A DNA stretch of 64,000 nucleotides, from positions 3,776,001 to 3,840,000 of the forward strand of contig CBDDPY010000002.1 in the NCBI GenBank assembly GCA_965232515.1. The letters are read 5' to 3'. Below are positions 18,906-28,798 of this stretch, one piece after another. The notes beneath the pieces are model-generated. The model searched no databases and was not told the DNA's origin. It saw only the letters and a program-made list of their open reading frames with translations. A program made the position numbers and the translations under genes. Position 1 is the stretch's first letter. Each line of letters starts with the position of its first letter. Source of the DNA: Alphaproteobacteria bacterium (lineage in GTDB: Bacteria > Pseudomonadota > Alphaproteobacteria > GCA-2731375).

Positions 18906-19693
18906 TGACTGATTTCGCGGGCAAGGTCGTTCTCATTACTGGCGCCGCCGGTGGTATCGGTCAGGCCCTTTGCCGTCTTTTTGCCGGTCGGGGCGGCCGC
19001 ATCGCCGCCCTGGACCGGGCACCAACCGTGTTGGAATTCGGCCGGCAACTGACCGGCGAGGGGTTTGACGCGGCTGCCGTGGTCGCCGATATCGCCGACC
19101 TGTCCCAGGTCGGCCAAGCCGTCGCCCAAATCCATGACGACCTGGGCAACATCGACATTCTGATCAACAACGCGGGCTTCTCGAAAGCCCCCAATCTGGA
19201 AACCGCCACCCCCGAGACCTGGAATGAAGATATCGCCGGCAATCTCGGTGGCGCCTTCCATTGCACCCGCCTGGCGATCGAAGACATGAAGGCCGCCGGC
19301 GCCGGCGCCATCGTCAACATCGGGTCGGTTAACGGCTTGTCGGCCCTCGGCGATCCGGCCTACAGCGCCGCCAAAGCCGGCCTGATCAGCTACACCAAGT
19401 CGGTGGCGCTCGAATATGGCCGCTTCGGCATCCGCGCCAATGTCATTTGTCCGGGAACGGTACGCACGCCGATCTTGGACAAGAAGGCTGAGCGCAACCC
19501 GGATGTCGAGGCGCAACTGGTCAAATGGTATCCGCTGGGACGCGTGGCGGAGCCGATTGAAATTGCCAAGGCGGCGGCATTCCTGGCCTCCGATGACGCG
19601 TCGGCTATCACCGGAACCATGCTGGCCGTCGATTGCGGCCTGACCGCGGGAAACATCCTCATGGCGCGCGAGTTGACGGCGGCGGAGTTCTGA
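18902..19693 (+). CDS. Short-chain dehydrogenase/reductase
   Basis: ATGA overlap. TGAAGGIG, NNAG, YSAAK. Confidence 0.92.
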   Translation: MMTDFAGKVVLITGAAGGIGQALCRLFAGRGGRIAALDRAPTVLEFGRQLTGEGFDAAAVVADIADLSQVGQAVAQIHDDLGNIDILINNAGFSKAPNLETATPETWNEDIAGNLGGAFHCTRLAIEDMKAAGAGAIVNIGSVNGLSALGDPAYSAAKAGLISYTKSVALEYGRFGIRANVICPGTVRTPILDKKAERNPDVEAQLVKWYPLGRVAEPIEIAKAAAFLASDDASAITGTMLAVDCGLTAGNILMARELTAAEF

Positions 19694-19709
19694 GCGACGG
19701 GACGATGAC

Positions 19710-20651
19710 TTGACCGATCAAGACGTGAAACAGACAGAAACTGCTACCAGGGCCAACACCGAGCGCACGTCGGCGCCGTTCGACGACATCATTTCGCGTC
19801 TGCGGGAACTCCGGTCCGAGATGAAGCCGGCGGAACGCCGGGTCGCCGACGTGGTGCTGGGCGATGTCGAGTTCGCCGTCCGGGCCAGCAACACGACGCT
19901 CGCCGCCCAGGCCAATGTCAGTGAGCCCACCGTCACGCGGTTCTGTCGCACGCTGGGCTGCGAAGGCGTTCGGGATTTCAAGCTGCGTCTGGCGCAAAGC
20001 CTGGTCGTCGGCGATCTGTATTTTCAGAACCCGCCGCCCGTGCAGGAAAACTCCAACCTGCCCTATTGGAACAATGTCTTCCAGAAAGCCGGCGAGGCGG
20101 TACGGCTGGCGGAACGGCAATTGGACGAAGCGGCGGTCAGGGTCGCCGTCGATCACATCGCCCGGGCCAAGCGGATATTCATCTTCGGGGTCGGCGGCGG
20201 CTCGACGGCGCTGGCCCAGGACGCCCAGTTCCGGCTGTTCCGTTACGGACTATCGGTGACCGCCTATTCGGACACCTATCTGATCCGCATGGTCGCGTCC
20301 ACTTTGCGGCCAGACGATGTCGTGATCGCCATTTCCGCCACCGGGCGAACCCCGGAAATCGTCGATGCCGCAAACCTGGCGCGCCAATACCATGCCGTTG
20401 TCGTCGCCATCACACAGCCCGGCTCCGAACTGGCGGCCGCGGCGGATGTGGCGCTGACGATCGGCGTGCCCGAGATCGCCGACATCCTGAAGCCAACCGC
20501 GTCTCGTTTCGCCTTCATGGTGACGATGGATCTGCTGGCGACGGGTGTCGCCTATCAGCTCGGGTTGGACGCGCAGGAAAATCTGCGGCGGATCAAATAC
20601 AACCTCATGAATCTTCGTGACGGCGAGGTGTTGGAGCCGCTCGGCGACTAA
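19710..20651 (+). CDS. RpiR/MurR (HexR-like) transcriptional regulator, HTH + SIS
   Basis: VSEPTVTRFCRTLG...DFKLRLAQ. SIS domain FGVGGGS...ISATGRT. Confidence 0.92.
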   Translation: MTDQDVKQTETATRANTERTSAPFDDIISRLRELRSEMKPAERRVADVVLGDVEFAVRASNTTLAAQANVSEPTVTRFCRTLGCEGVRDFKLRLAQSLVVGDLYFQNPPPVQENSNLPYWNNVFQKAGEAVRLAERQLDEAAVRVAVDHIARAKRIFIFGVGGGSTALAQDAQFRLFRYGLSVTAYSDTYLIRMVASTLRPDDVVIAISATGRTPEIVDAANLARQYHAVVVAITQPGSELAAAADVALTIGVPEIADILKPTASRFAFMVTMDLLATGVAYQLGLDAQENLRRIKYNLMNLRDGEVLEPLGD

Positions 20652-20693
20652 CGTCGATAATGTCGAACCGCGATCCGCCGGCGGCGGGTTCGG

Positions 20694-21104
20694 TCATTCC
20701 TCGGGGACCTCTACGTCCACCCAGCCTTCGCCCTTCTTCATTTCGTTGAAAGCACGGCAGGTCGACTCGAAGGCCGGGATGCCGGCCGGCAGCGCCGCCA
20801 TGAACGCGGCCTCATACACCTCGTTCCACGTCGCGCCGTTCTGGATCGCCCGTGCCGCCGCCCACTCGACCCCCTCACGGTCGCCCTTGACGGCCGTGGT
20901 GACGCCGACCAGCACGAGAAAGCGGGTCTTCAGGTCCATCGGCCGGCCCTCGGCGTCGCCGAAGAGTGTGTAGGACGCGAGATCGCCGTAGCGCCGCAGC
21001 ATTTCGGGATCGAGTTCCGCCAGATATTCGTGAACCGGCAGCGTGTAACCGCGAACCGCGCGGATCTTGTCGAGTTCGGCCTTGCCTTCTGGTGTCATGT
21101 CCAT
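20694..21104 (-). CDS. Carboxymuconolactone decarboxylase/AhpD-like protein
   Basis: MDLKTRFLVLVG...AIQNGATWNEVYEA...AGIPAF pattern; AGGAG RBS. Confidence 0.75.
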   Translation of the reverse strand: MDMTPEGKAELDKIRAVRGYTLPVHEYLAELDPEMLRRYGDLASYTLFGDAEGRPMDLKTRFLVLVGVTTAVKGDREGVEWAAARAIQNGATWNEVYEAAFMAALPAGIPAFESTCRAFNEMKKGEGWVDVEVPEE

Positions 21105-21149
21105 CTCTCTCCTGATTGTGCGTTCGTGGATGTCGGCGCCGCGCCGGCC

Positions 21150-23165
21150 TCAAACCTTGCGGGCGATCAGCTCGCCTTCGCGAATGGCGTCGTTGACCCG
21201 CCGGGGCGCCATGGCGTCGCCGATCAGATGGCAGGCCGGCGCGCCATCACGATCCGACAGCCCGTGGTAAAGCGCGTCGTTGGCGGCGGCGCCGATGACC
21301 AGCACGACCTGGTCGATCCCATCCAGCGCCTCGGTCTCGTCGGTGTAAAGATCGCGGACCGTCACCGATGCCGGCGAAATCGCCGTCAGTTCGCGGTCGA
21401 CCAGAAAGCGGACGCCGGCCTTGCGCAGCATGCCATGCACCTTGCCCCAGTCGCGGCTGGCGGCCAGGTCGGGCGAGGGCTGCCCCAGTTGCGTGACGAA
21501 GGTGACCTCGGCGCCGTTCTGGGTCAGGTATTCCGCCGTCACGGCCGCCTGACGGCCGCCCATGGTGTCGAACAGCACGACACGGTCGCCGACCGGGCGG
21601 TCGGACCCGAGCAAATCCATATAGCTCAGGACATGCGGCAGGTCCGCGCCCGGCAACGGCGGGCCATCCCATTTCTCCGGCCGCAGCATGGTCCAGCCAT
21701 GGGTCAATCCGGTCGACCCGGTGGCGAAGACAACGTCGTCGAAGCCGCCCTGCTGCAGTTCCGCCAGCGTGATCTCGTGGCCGAGGCGGATATCCACCGC
21801 TTCTTCCGCGACCCGGGCGGCCAGCCAGTCGACGATATCGACCAGCTCCTGCCGACTTTCGGATTTCGCCCACCAGCGCACCTGACCGCCAAGCTCGACC
21901 CGCCGTTCGAACAGCGTCACCTGGTGGCCGCGCCGCGCCAACGTCCACGCGGCCCGCAAGCCCGCCGGCCCGCCGCCGACGACCGCCACCCGCTTGGCCG
22001 CCGGGGCCGTTGCCGGCGAGTCCTCGTCCAGCTCGAGTTCAGCGCCGGCCGACGGATTGTGGATACAGCCGATCGCGGCCTGCGCGAAGATCGCCGACAT
22101 GCACCAGTTCGCGCCCACGCAGGGGCGAATGCGTCTCGACTGGCCCCGTTCGGCCTTCGCGCCCCAGTTCGGATCGGCGACCAGCGCGCGAGCCATGCCG
22201 ACGAAGTCGCATTTGCCGTCGGCGAGAAAGCGCTCGGCCTCGTCCGGATAGACAATGCGGCCGACGCCGACAACAGGTACCGTGACAGCCTGCTTGACCT
22301 GCCGGGTCGCGGCCAACTGATATCCATGTTCCTCCGGCGAGGTCGGATAGATCAGCATGCGATTGATGTAGGTGCCGTGGGTCATGGACAGGTAATCGAT
22401 CAACCCGGTGTCCTGAAACCGGCGCGCCAGATCGGCCCATTCGTCCGGCCGCAGCCCGCCCTCGTGCCCGTCATCGGAATTGATGCGCATGCCCATGATC
22501 ATGTCCGGGCCGATCTCCTCGCGGGTGGCTTCGAGGATCTCGATGACGATGCGCATGCGGTTCTCGATCGAGCCGCCGAAGCCGTCGTTTCTGTGATTGG
22601 TCGCCGGCGACAGAAACTGGTTCAGCAGATAGCCGTGCGACATGCCATGGACTTCGACGCCATCCAATCCGCCTTCCCGCGAATAGCGCGCCGACAGCCG
22701 GTAGCCGTCGATGATCTCGTCGATGTCCTTCGGCGTCATGACATGCGGCATCTCGCGGTAGACGCCGCACGGGATCGATGACGGCGCCCAGACGGGCAGG
22801 CCGTTCGCGACGCTGTTGGTCTGGCGGCCCCGATGCCAGGGCTGCGACAGCAGTAGCGTGTCGAATTCGTGCACCGCGTCGGCCAGCTTGCGGTACTGCG
22901 CGGCCATGCGCGGATCGAACGCAAACGCCTTGCCCTTATAGGGCTGGGTCGTCGGATGCGCGGCCATCGCCTCCATGGTGATCACCGCCGCGCCACCCTT
23001 GGCGCGGGCCCGGTAGTAGGCGATATGGGCGTCGGTGAAGAGGTGGTCCTTCACCAGCAGCGTCGCGTGCGCGGTCATCCAGATGCGGTTGCGCACCGTT
23101 TTCGGGCCCAGCTTGATCGGGCTGAACAGCGTCGGGAACGCCGGCGTGTCGGTTGGATCGGTCAT
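21150..23165 (-). CDS. OYE/FadH-like NADH:flavin oxidoreductase (FMN TIM barrel + FeS + FAD domain)
   Basis: Real start MTDPTD at 23165 (ATGA overlap). RNRIWMTAH, NQFLSP, NHRNDGFGGS, GGGPAG. Confidence 0.9.
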   Translation of the reverse strand: MTDPTDTPAFPTLFSPIKLGPKTVRNRIWMTAHATLLVKDHLFTDAHIAYYRARAKGGAAVITMEAMAAHPTTQPYKGKAFAFDPRMAAQYRKLADAVHEFDTLLLSQPWHRGRQTNSVANGLPVWAPSSIPCGVYREMPHVMTPKDIDEIIDGYRLSARYSREGGLDGVEVHGMSHGYLLNQFLSPATNHRNDGFGGSIENRMRIVIEILEATREEIGPDMIMGMRINSDDGHEGGLRPDEWADLARRFQDTGLIDYLSMTHGTYINRMLIYPTSPEEHGYQLAATRQVKQAVTVPVVGVGRIVYPDEAERFLADGKCDFVGMARALVADPNWGAKAERGQSRRIRPCVGANWCMSAIFAQAAIGCIHNPSAGAELELDEDSPATAPAAKRVAVVGGGPAGLRAAWTLARRGHQVTLFERRVELGGQVRWWAKSESRQELVDIVDWLAARVAEEAVDIRLGHEITLAELQQGGFDDVVFATGSTGLTHGWTMLRPEKWDGPPLPGADLPHVLSYMDLLGSDRPVGDRVVLFDTMGGRQAAVTAEYLTQNGAEVTFVTQLGQPSPDLAASRDWGKVHGMLRKAGVRFLVDRELTAISPASVTVRDLYTDETEALDGIDQVVLVIGAAANDALYHGLSDRDGAPACHLIGDAMAPRRVNDAIREGELIARKV

Positions 23166-24163
23166 GCGGCCCCCCTTGACCCAATGATGTTGCCGCCGTC
23201 GGCGATCCGCAGGCAGGACGCCATGTGGCCATTGCCGTCTATCGCCACCTGTCCCGGTTCGATCGATCGGCAGTCCGGGATCGCAACCGGACAGCGGGTA
23301 TGGAACGCGCAGCCCGACGGCATGTCGATCGGCGACGGCACTTCGCCGTCCAGGACGTGACGCGCGATCTTGACCTTGGGATCGGCCGGCAGATGGGCGG
23401 ACAGAAGAGACTGCGTGTAGGGATGGACCGGCCGGTCGAAGAGATCCGTGGCAGACGCTTCTTCGACGATGCGGCCGAGGTAGAGCACGACGATCCGGTC
23501 GCTGATCAACCGGATGGTGCCGAGATCGTGTGAGATGAACAGCATGGCGGCCTTGGTCTGCGACCGGATCTCCGACAACAGCTCCAGGATCCCGGCCCGC
23601 ACCGACAGGTCGAGCGAGCTGGTCGGTTCGTCGAGCACGATCAGTCGCGGGTTGGTCGCGATCGCGCGCGCGATACAGACCCGCTGCAACTGGCCGCCGG
23701 ACAAGTCGCTGGGATGACGGTTCAGGAATTCCGGGCTCAGATGCACCCGGCGGGCCAGCGCCTCGGTCCGGTCGCGACGCTCGCTGCCCGACATGTCCTC
23801 GTGCAGCAACAGCGGCTCGCCGATCAGGTTGCCGACCTTCATGCGCGGGTTCAGCGCGCTCCAAGGGTCCTGGAAAACAATCTGCATGTCGCGCCGCAGC
23901 CGCCGGGTCGATTTCGCCGGCAGGTGTGTGATGTCCTGGCCACCGAACACGATTCTGCCGGCTGTCGGCTCGGTGAGCCGGAGCATGGCTCGACCGATCG
24001 TCGACTTGCCCGAGCCGCTCTCGCCGACCATGCCGAGCGTTTCGCCGGGGCGGATCGACAGGCTGACGCCGTTGACCGCGTTCACCACCTGCCCGGTCCG
24101 GCCCACCGGAAAGCGCTTCGTGAGACCGGATACCTCGACTGTCGGTTCCAGGCGTTCCGTCAT
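23162..24163 (-). CDS. Peptide/nickel ABC ATP-binding protein (DppF/OppF-like)
   Basis: GESGSGKS, LSGGQ, HPYT, GCAFHTRC. Confidence 0.92.
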   Translation of the reverse strand: MTERLEPTVEVSGLTKRFPVGRTGQVVNAVNGVSLSIRPGETLGMVGESGSGKSTIGRAMLRLTEPTAGRIVFGGQDITHLPAKSTRRLRRDMQIVFQDPWSALNPRMKVGNLIGEPLLLHEDMSGSERRDRTEALARRVHLSPEFLNRHPSDLSGGQLQRVCIARAIATNPRLIVLDEPTSSLDLSVRAGILELLSEIRSQTKAAMLFISHDLGTIRLISDRIVVLYLGRIVEEASATDLFDRPVHPYTQSLLSAHLPADPKVKIARHVLDGEVPSPIDMPSGCAFHTRCPVAIPDCRSIEPGQVAIDGNGHMASCLRIADGGNIIGSRGAA

Positions 24164-25176
24164 GCGGCGGCGCCCTCGGATTCCGTGGCGTCCACGCGCT
24201 CCGGCAGGTCTCCAGCGAAATGACACCTGGCCCGGTGGCGCTCGGAAATCTCCACATCGGGCGGCGGTTCGCCGCAGACATCCTGGGCATAACGACAGCG
24301 GTCGCGGTGATGACAACCGCTGGGCAGGTTGTAGAGATCGGGCGGCGGCCCGCCGAGGGTGGATGCCTGTCCGATCGACAGGCGCTCCGGCGTCGCCGCG
24401 ATCAGGTTGCGCGTGTAGGGGTGGGACGGATTGTCGAAGACGGCGCCGACAGGGCCGATCTCGACGATGCCGCCGGCGAACATCACGGCGATGCGTTCGC
24501 AGTAGTGCGCCACGATGCCGAGGTCGTGGGTAATGACGATCGCCGCCATGTTGAAGCGCGCCACGAGATCCCTCAGCAGGTCGAGGATCTGGGCCTGGAC
24601 CGTGACGTCCAATCCGGTGGTCGGCTCGTCCGCGATCAGAAGCTTCGGCGAATTCATCAGCGCCATGGCGATCAGCACCCGCTGGGCCATGCCGCCGGAC
24701 AGCTCGTGCGGCCAGGCGTCGGCGCGGCTGGTCGGATCGGGAATGCCGACCGCCTCCATCATGTCGAGCGCACGTTTGCGCGCGTCCGACCGCGAAACCT
24801 GCTTGTGCGCCTGATGCACCCGGACCAGCTGCTCGCCGATCCGCGTCAGCGGATCGAGCGAGGTCCGCGGGTTCTGAACCACCATGGCGATCGCATCGCC
24901 GCGCAACCGGTTGAGGTCATCGGGGGCCATGTCCAGCAGGCTAGCGCCGTCGAACACGACCTCACCGCCGACGACCCTGGCCGGTGGGCGCAACAGACCG
25001 CAGATCGATTGCGCCGTCAGGGACTTCCCCGCGCCGGTCTCGCCGACCAGGCCAAGGATTTCCCCGGCCGACACCGAGAACGACACGTCGTTCAGCGCCG
25101 CCGCGACGCGCACGCGATTGTCGATGTCCCGGGAAACGAAATGCGTTCTGAGATCCTTGACGGCCAGAATGGTCAT
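24160..25176 (-). CDS. Peptide/nickel ABC ATP-binding protein (DppD/OppD-like)
   Basis: GETGAGKS, PHELSGGMAQR, HPYT. Confidence 0.92.
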   Translation of the reverse strand: MTILAVKDLRTHFVSRDIDNRVRVAAALNDVSFSVSAGEILGLVGETGAGKSLTAQSICGLLRPPARVVGGEVVFDGASLLDMAPDDLNRLRGDAIAMVVQNPRTSLDPLTRIGEQLVRVHQAHKQVSRSDARKRALDMMEAVGIPDPTSRADAWPHELSGGMAQRVLIAMALMNSPKLLIADEPTTGLDVTVQAQILDLLRDLVARFNMAAIVITHDLGIVAHYCERIAVMFAGGIVEIGPVGAVFDNPSHPYTRNLIAATPERLSIGQASTLGGPPPDLYNLPSGCHHRDRCRYAQDVCGEPPPDVEISERHRARCHFAGDLPERVDATESEGAAA

Positions 25177-26075
25177 TTCGCCGCCTTGCGCCGCGGGTTC
25201 AGAAGTTCCTGCAGGCCGTCGCCGAACATGTTCAGGCCGAAGACCAGAAAGATCAGAGCGATGCCGGGGAACAAGGCGACCCACCACTGGCCGGTGATCA
25301 TGAACTCGGCGCCCTGCCGGATCATCGCGCCCCATTCCGGCGTCGGCGCCTGGATACCGACACCGAGGAACGCCAATGTGGCGCTGATCCTGACCGCCCA
25401 GGCGGCGCGGACCGCCGACTGCGCCATCGCGCCCTGGATGGCATTCGGCAGCAGGTGGAAGAACATGATCCGCCAGGTTGGATTGCCCACCGCCACCGCC
25501 GCCTCGACGAAGACCGACGATCGCAGCGCCAGAACTTCCGACCGGACGACGCGGGCGAAGACCGGCGAATCCAGAAACCCGAGCACGAGCACGACATTCA
25601 GCAGCGACGGCCCCGTCGCCGCCACCACCGCCAGGGCCAGGATGATCGACGGGAAGACCCGCAGGCCGTCGAAGAACCGCATCAGGACTTCGTCCAGCAT
25701 GCCGCCGCGATAGCCGGCGAACAGGCCGACCGGGATGCCGATGAGCAGCGAGATCAGAACCGCCGGAATGGCAATACCAAATCCGAAGCGTGATCCGTAA
25801 ATGACCCGGGAGAACACGTCCATGCCGTTGCCGTCGGTGCCGAGCCAGTGATCGGCCGACGGCGGTTCCAGCACCCGTTGGGCATAAGCGAGCTCCGGAT
25901 CGTGCGGCATCAGCACGTCGGCAAAGACCGCCAGAAATCCGAAGAAGAGGATGATCAGCAGACCCACCGTCGCGGTCGGGCTGAGCCGGGCAATTCCGAT
26001 CGCCCGATTGATGACGGAGAATCCTTCGTCCGCCGGCCCGGCTCCATGCCCCGCGGTCGCGACGCGATCCGTCAT
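25173..26075 (-). CDS. Peptide/nickel ABC permease (DppC-like)
   Basis: HWLGTDGNGMDVFSR, FVEAA, PTPEWG. Confidence 0.92.
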   Translation of the reverse strand: MTDRVATAGHGAGPADEGFSVINRAIGIARLSPTATVGLLIILFFGFLAVFADVLMPHDPELAYAQRVLEPPSADHWLGTDGNGMDVFSRVIYGSRFGFGIAIPAVLISLLIGIPVGLFAGYRGGMLDEVLMRFFDGLRVFPSIILALAVVAATGPSLLNVVLVLGFLDSPVFARVVRSEVLALRSSVFVEAAVAVGNPTWRIMFFHLLPNAIQGAMAQSAVRAAWAVRISATLAFLGVGIQAPTPEWGAMIRQGAEFMITGQWWVALFPGIALIFLVFGLNMFGDGLQELLNPRRKAAK

Positions 26076-27088
26076 CACTGCAACTCCGCCCGGGGCTCGA
26101 TCAGGAACACGACGAGATCGATGATCAGGAACACGATGACGGAGAACAACGCGAGACTGAGCACATATCCCTGCACCGCCGTGAAATCACCCCTGACGAT
26201 CGCGTTCAGCCCGTATTGGCCCAGGCCGCCCCAGGCGAACACATATTCGATCAGCGACATGGTGCCGACGAGGCCTGTGATCTCCGTGCCAACGAAGGTC
26301 AGGACCGGTGTCGCGCTGTTTCTCAGGACCACCTTGCGCACGATCTGGGCCGGCAGTCCGGACGCCCGGGCATAGCGGATCGCGTCCGACGACAGCACCT
26401 CGAGCGCGATGGCGCGCGTGTGCTTGATAATCGGCGCCGCCGAGATGATCGCCAGGCAAACCACAGGCAGCACCATGTGCGCGAACGCGGAGCGAAGCGC
26501 CGGCCAGTTCCCGCTCAGCAAGGCGTCGATGAAGTAGGACCCGGTGATGAAATCCGGCGGACTGACCATCAGGCCGATCCGACCGATACCGGGCGGCGCC
26601 CAGCGCAGCAGATAGAAAAACACGAACAGCATCACCAGCCCGAGCCAGTAGGTCGGGATCGAAAACCCGAACAGCGAGAAGATGCGACTGATCTGGTCGA
26701 AGCGGCCGCCCGGCCGAAATGCCGCGCGCAGGCCGATCGGTATGCCGATCAGCGCGCCGAAGCCGACGCCCAGCAGAAGCAGCTCCAGCGAGATAATCGT
26801 GCGTTCGAGGATGTCGTCCAGCACCGGCCGATTGGACAGCCAGGATTCGCCGAGATCGCCTTGCAGGACATTGCCGACGTAAATCGCGAACTGCATCCAG
26901 ATCGGCTGATCGAGCCCGAGCTCGGCCCGGATCATCTCGAACTCTTCGGCCGTCGCCGTCGGGCCGGCCAGCAGCCCGATGGGATCGAGACCGCCGACCC
27001 GCACAAGCATGAACGTCAGAAAGACGATCCCGACGAGCAGCGGGATGACCATCAGCATGCGGCGAAGCAGGAACTTTCCGAAGCTCAC
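26075..27088 (-). CDS. Peptide/nickel ABC permease (DppB-like)
   Basis: LGLDQP, GDLGES, EYVFAWGGLG. Confidence 0.92.
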   Translation of the reverse strand: MSFGKFLLRRMLMVIPLLVGIVFLTFMLVRVGGLDPIGLLAGPTATAEEFEMIRAELGLDQPIWMQFAIYVGNVLQGDLGESWLSNRPVLDDILERTIISLELLLLGVGFGALIGIPIGLRAAFRPGGRFDQISRIFSLFGFSIPTYWLGLVMLFVFFYLLRWAPPGIGRIGLMVSPPDFITGSYFIDALLSGNWPALRSAFAHMVLPVVCLAIISAAPIIKHTRAIALEVLSSDAIRYARASGLPAQIVRKVVLRNSATPVLTFVGTEITGLVGTMSLIEYVFAWGGLGQYGLNAIVRGDFTAVQGYVLSLALFSVIVFLIIDLVVFLIEPRAELQ

Positions 27089-27164
27089 GTTCGAACCTCA
27101 GCGCGACGAACGATCGGCCGGCCGACGCCCCGTGAGGCGCCTGCCGGCCGCCATGTTACCAGGA

Positions 27165-28742
27165 TCAGTTGCCCTTCAGCTCCTTCCAGCGCTCGTGCTC
27201 GTCCGGATAATGCACCCAGCCCGAGACATTCGGCGCCATGGCCTCGAAGGTCGCGGGATAGGTCGTCAGGATCCACGGCGCATCCTCGACCCACAGCTTC
27301 TGCGCTTCGTCCATCATGCCGAGACGCTTGTCCGCATCCAGCTCCTCGCGGGACATGTCGATCAGCTCGTCGACCCGCGGGTTGTTGTAGGCGGCGCGGT
27401 TCGACACGCCCTTCGAGTGCGACATCAGGTACATGGTATAGACCGGATCCAGCACGATCGGGCCGTCTTCCCAGGTGAAGAAGCACATGCTCATTTCCTT
27501 GGGCGAACCCTTCGCACGCATTTCCGAGGTCGTGACCCGGGTCGGCTTCACGTTGACGCCGATGCGCTTCAGCTGGTCGGCGATCTGGATCGCGACCGGC
27601 TCCTGGTGCCAGAAGGCGTCGGCATAGAGCAGCGGGATTTCCTCGCTGATGCCGTTCGGGAACCCGGCCTCGGCCAGCAGGGCCTTGGCCTTCTCGGGAT
27701 CGTAGTCGTACTTGTAGTGGTTCGGGTTGTAGCCATCGACGATGGGCGGCACGATGGATTTGGCGAGGTCGGCCGAGCCGGCGAACACGGCGGCGTTCAG
27801 GGCGTCCTTGTCGACGCCATAGTTGAAGGCCTGCCGCACCCGCGGGTCATCGAACGGCTCGCATTTCGGGTTCATCCGGGCCGACGCGATCGAACGGCCG
27901 GATGCCCGGTCGACCCGCACATTCGGATCTTTCTGCAGGTCCACCGCCTTCTGGATCGACGGCCGGTCGATCATCTGCACCTGACCGGTCTTCAGCAGCG
28001 TGACCCGGCTCGCCTCCGACGGGATCTCCTTATAGATCACCCGGGTGAAATACGGCTGACCGCCGAAGTAGTTCGGATTGGCGACGAAGACCGCCTGGTC
28101 GTCGGCCCGCAGGCTGTCCAGATGGTAGGCGCCGAAGCCGGCGGTGTTGCTTTGCATCCATTTCAGGGCCCAGGGATCGTCGCTGGTCGCGTGCTTTTTC
28201 ACTTCCGTCGTGTCGTAGATCCCCGGCACGTAAAGCGTCAGCGCCTTCAGGAAGATCGAGCTCGGCGCGGACAGCGTGAACTCCACCTCGTATTTTGAGA
28301 GCGCCTTCACGCCGACGACGTTCGACACGCGGGCGATAAAGTTGCCGGTGCGCTTCTGGGCGAACGACTTGTTCCAGCTCCATTCGACATCGTCGGCCGT
28401 CAGCTCGTTGCCGCGCGCGCTCTTGATGCCCTCGCGAAGCTTGAAGACCCAGGTCTTGCCGTCTTCCGACACCGTCCAGCTCTCGGCGAGATGCGGCTCG
28501 ACCTTGGAGGGATCGTTGACCAGGCGGCCATCGACCGTTTTCTTGCCGTAGACGACCAGGTTTTCATAGACCTGCACGACCACGTTCTGGGTGTGCGCCT
28601 TCAGGGCATCGCCGTCGAAGCCTTCCGGCACCTGCGGCGATGCGACGATCATCGTGTTGGCCGAAGCCGCCGTCGCCAGCAGCATGCCGGCGGCGACGGC
28701 GGTCCCCGTCAGGACCTGTTTTCTCAGGTTCCAGAATCTCAT
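27165..28742 (-). CDS. Peptide/nickel ABC substrate-binding protein (SBP_bac_5)
   Basis: Start MRFWNLRK at 28742 with GGGAG RBS. Signal peptide; LAESWTVSEDGKTWVFKLREG, DPRVRQA. Confidence 0.92.
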   Translation of the reverse strand: MRFWNLRKQVLTGTAVAAGMLLATAASANTMIVASPQVPEGFDGDALKAHTQNVVVQVYENLVVYGKKTVDGRLVNDPSKVEPHLAESWTVSEDGKTWVFKLREGIKSARGNELTADDVEWSWNKSFAQKRTGNFIARVSNVVGVKALSKYEVEFTLSAPSSIFLKALTLYVPGIYDTTEVKKHATSDDPWALKWMQSNTAGFGAYHLDSLRADDQAVFVANPNYFGGQPYFTRVIYKEIPSEASRVTLLKTGQVQMIDRPSIQKAVDLQKDPNVRVDRASGRSIASARMNPKCEPFDDPRVRQAFNYGVDKDALNAAVFAGSADLAKSIVPPIVDGYNPNHYKYDYDPEKAKALLAEAGFPNGISEEIPLLYADAFWHQEPVAIQIADQLKRIGVNVKPTRVTTSEMRAKGSPKEMSMCFFTWEDGPIVLDPVYTMYLMSHSKGVSNRAAYNNPRVDELIDMSREELDADKRLGMMDEAQKLWVEDAPWILTTYPATFEAMAPNVSGWVHYPDEHERWKELKGN

Positions 28743-28798
28743 TTTCGAGCACTCCCTGTTTTGTCGTTGCAAGATCTGCCGGTCGTACCGGCCGGGCC

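Noticed and set aside
21150-24290. Apparent 1046-aa fusion ORF
   Set aside because: The N-terminal ~375 aa is an off-frame read of dppF. The real OYE starts at 23165 with an ATGA overlap, so it is neither a fusion nor a frameshift.
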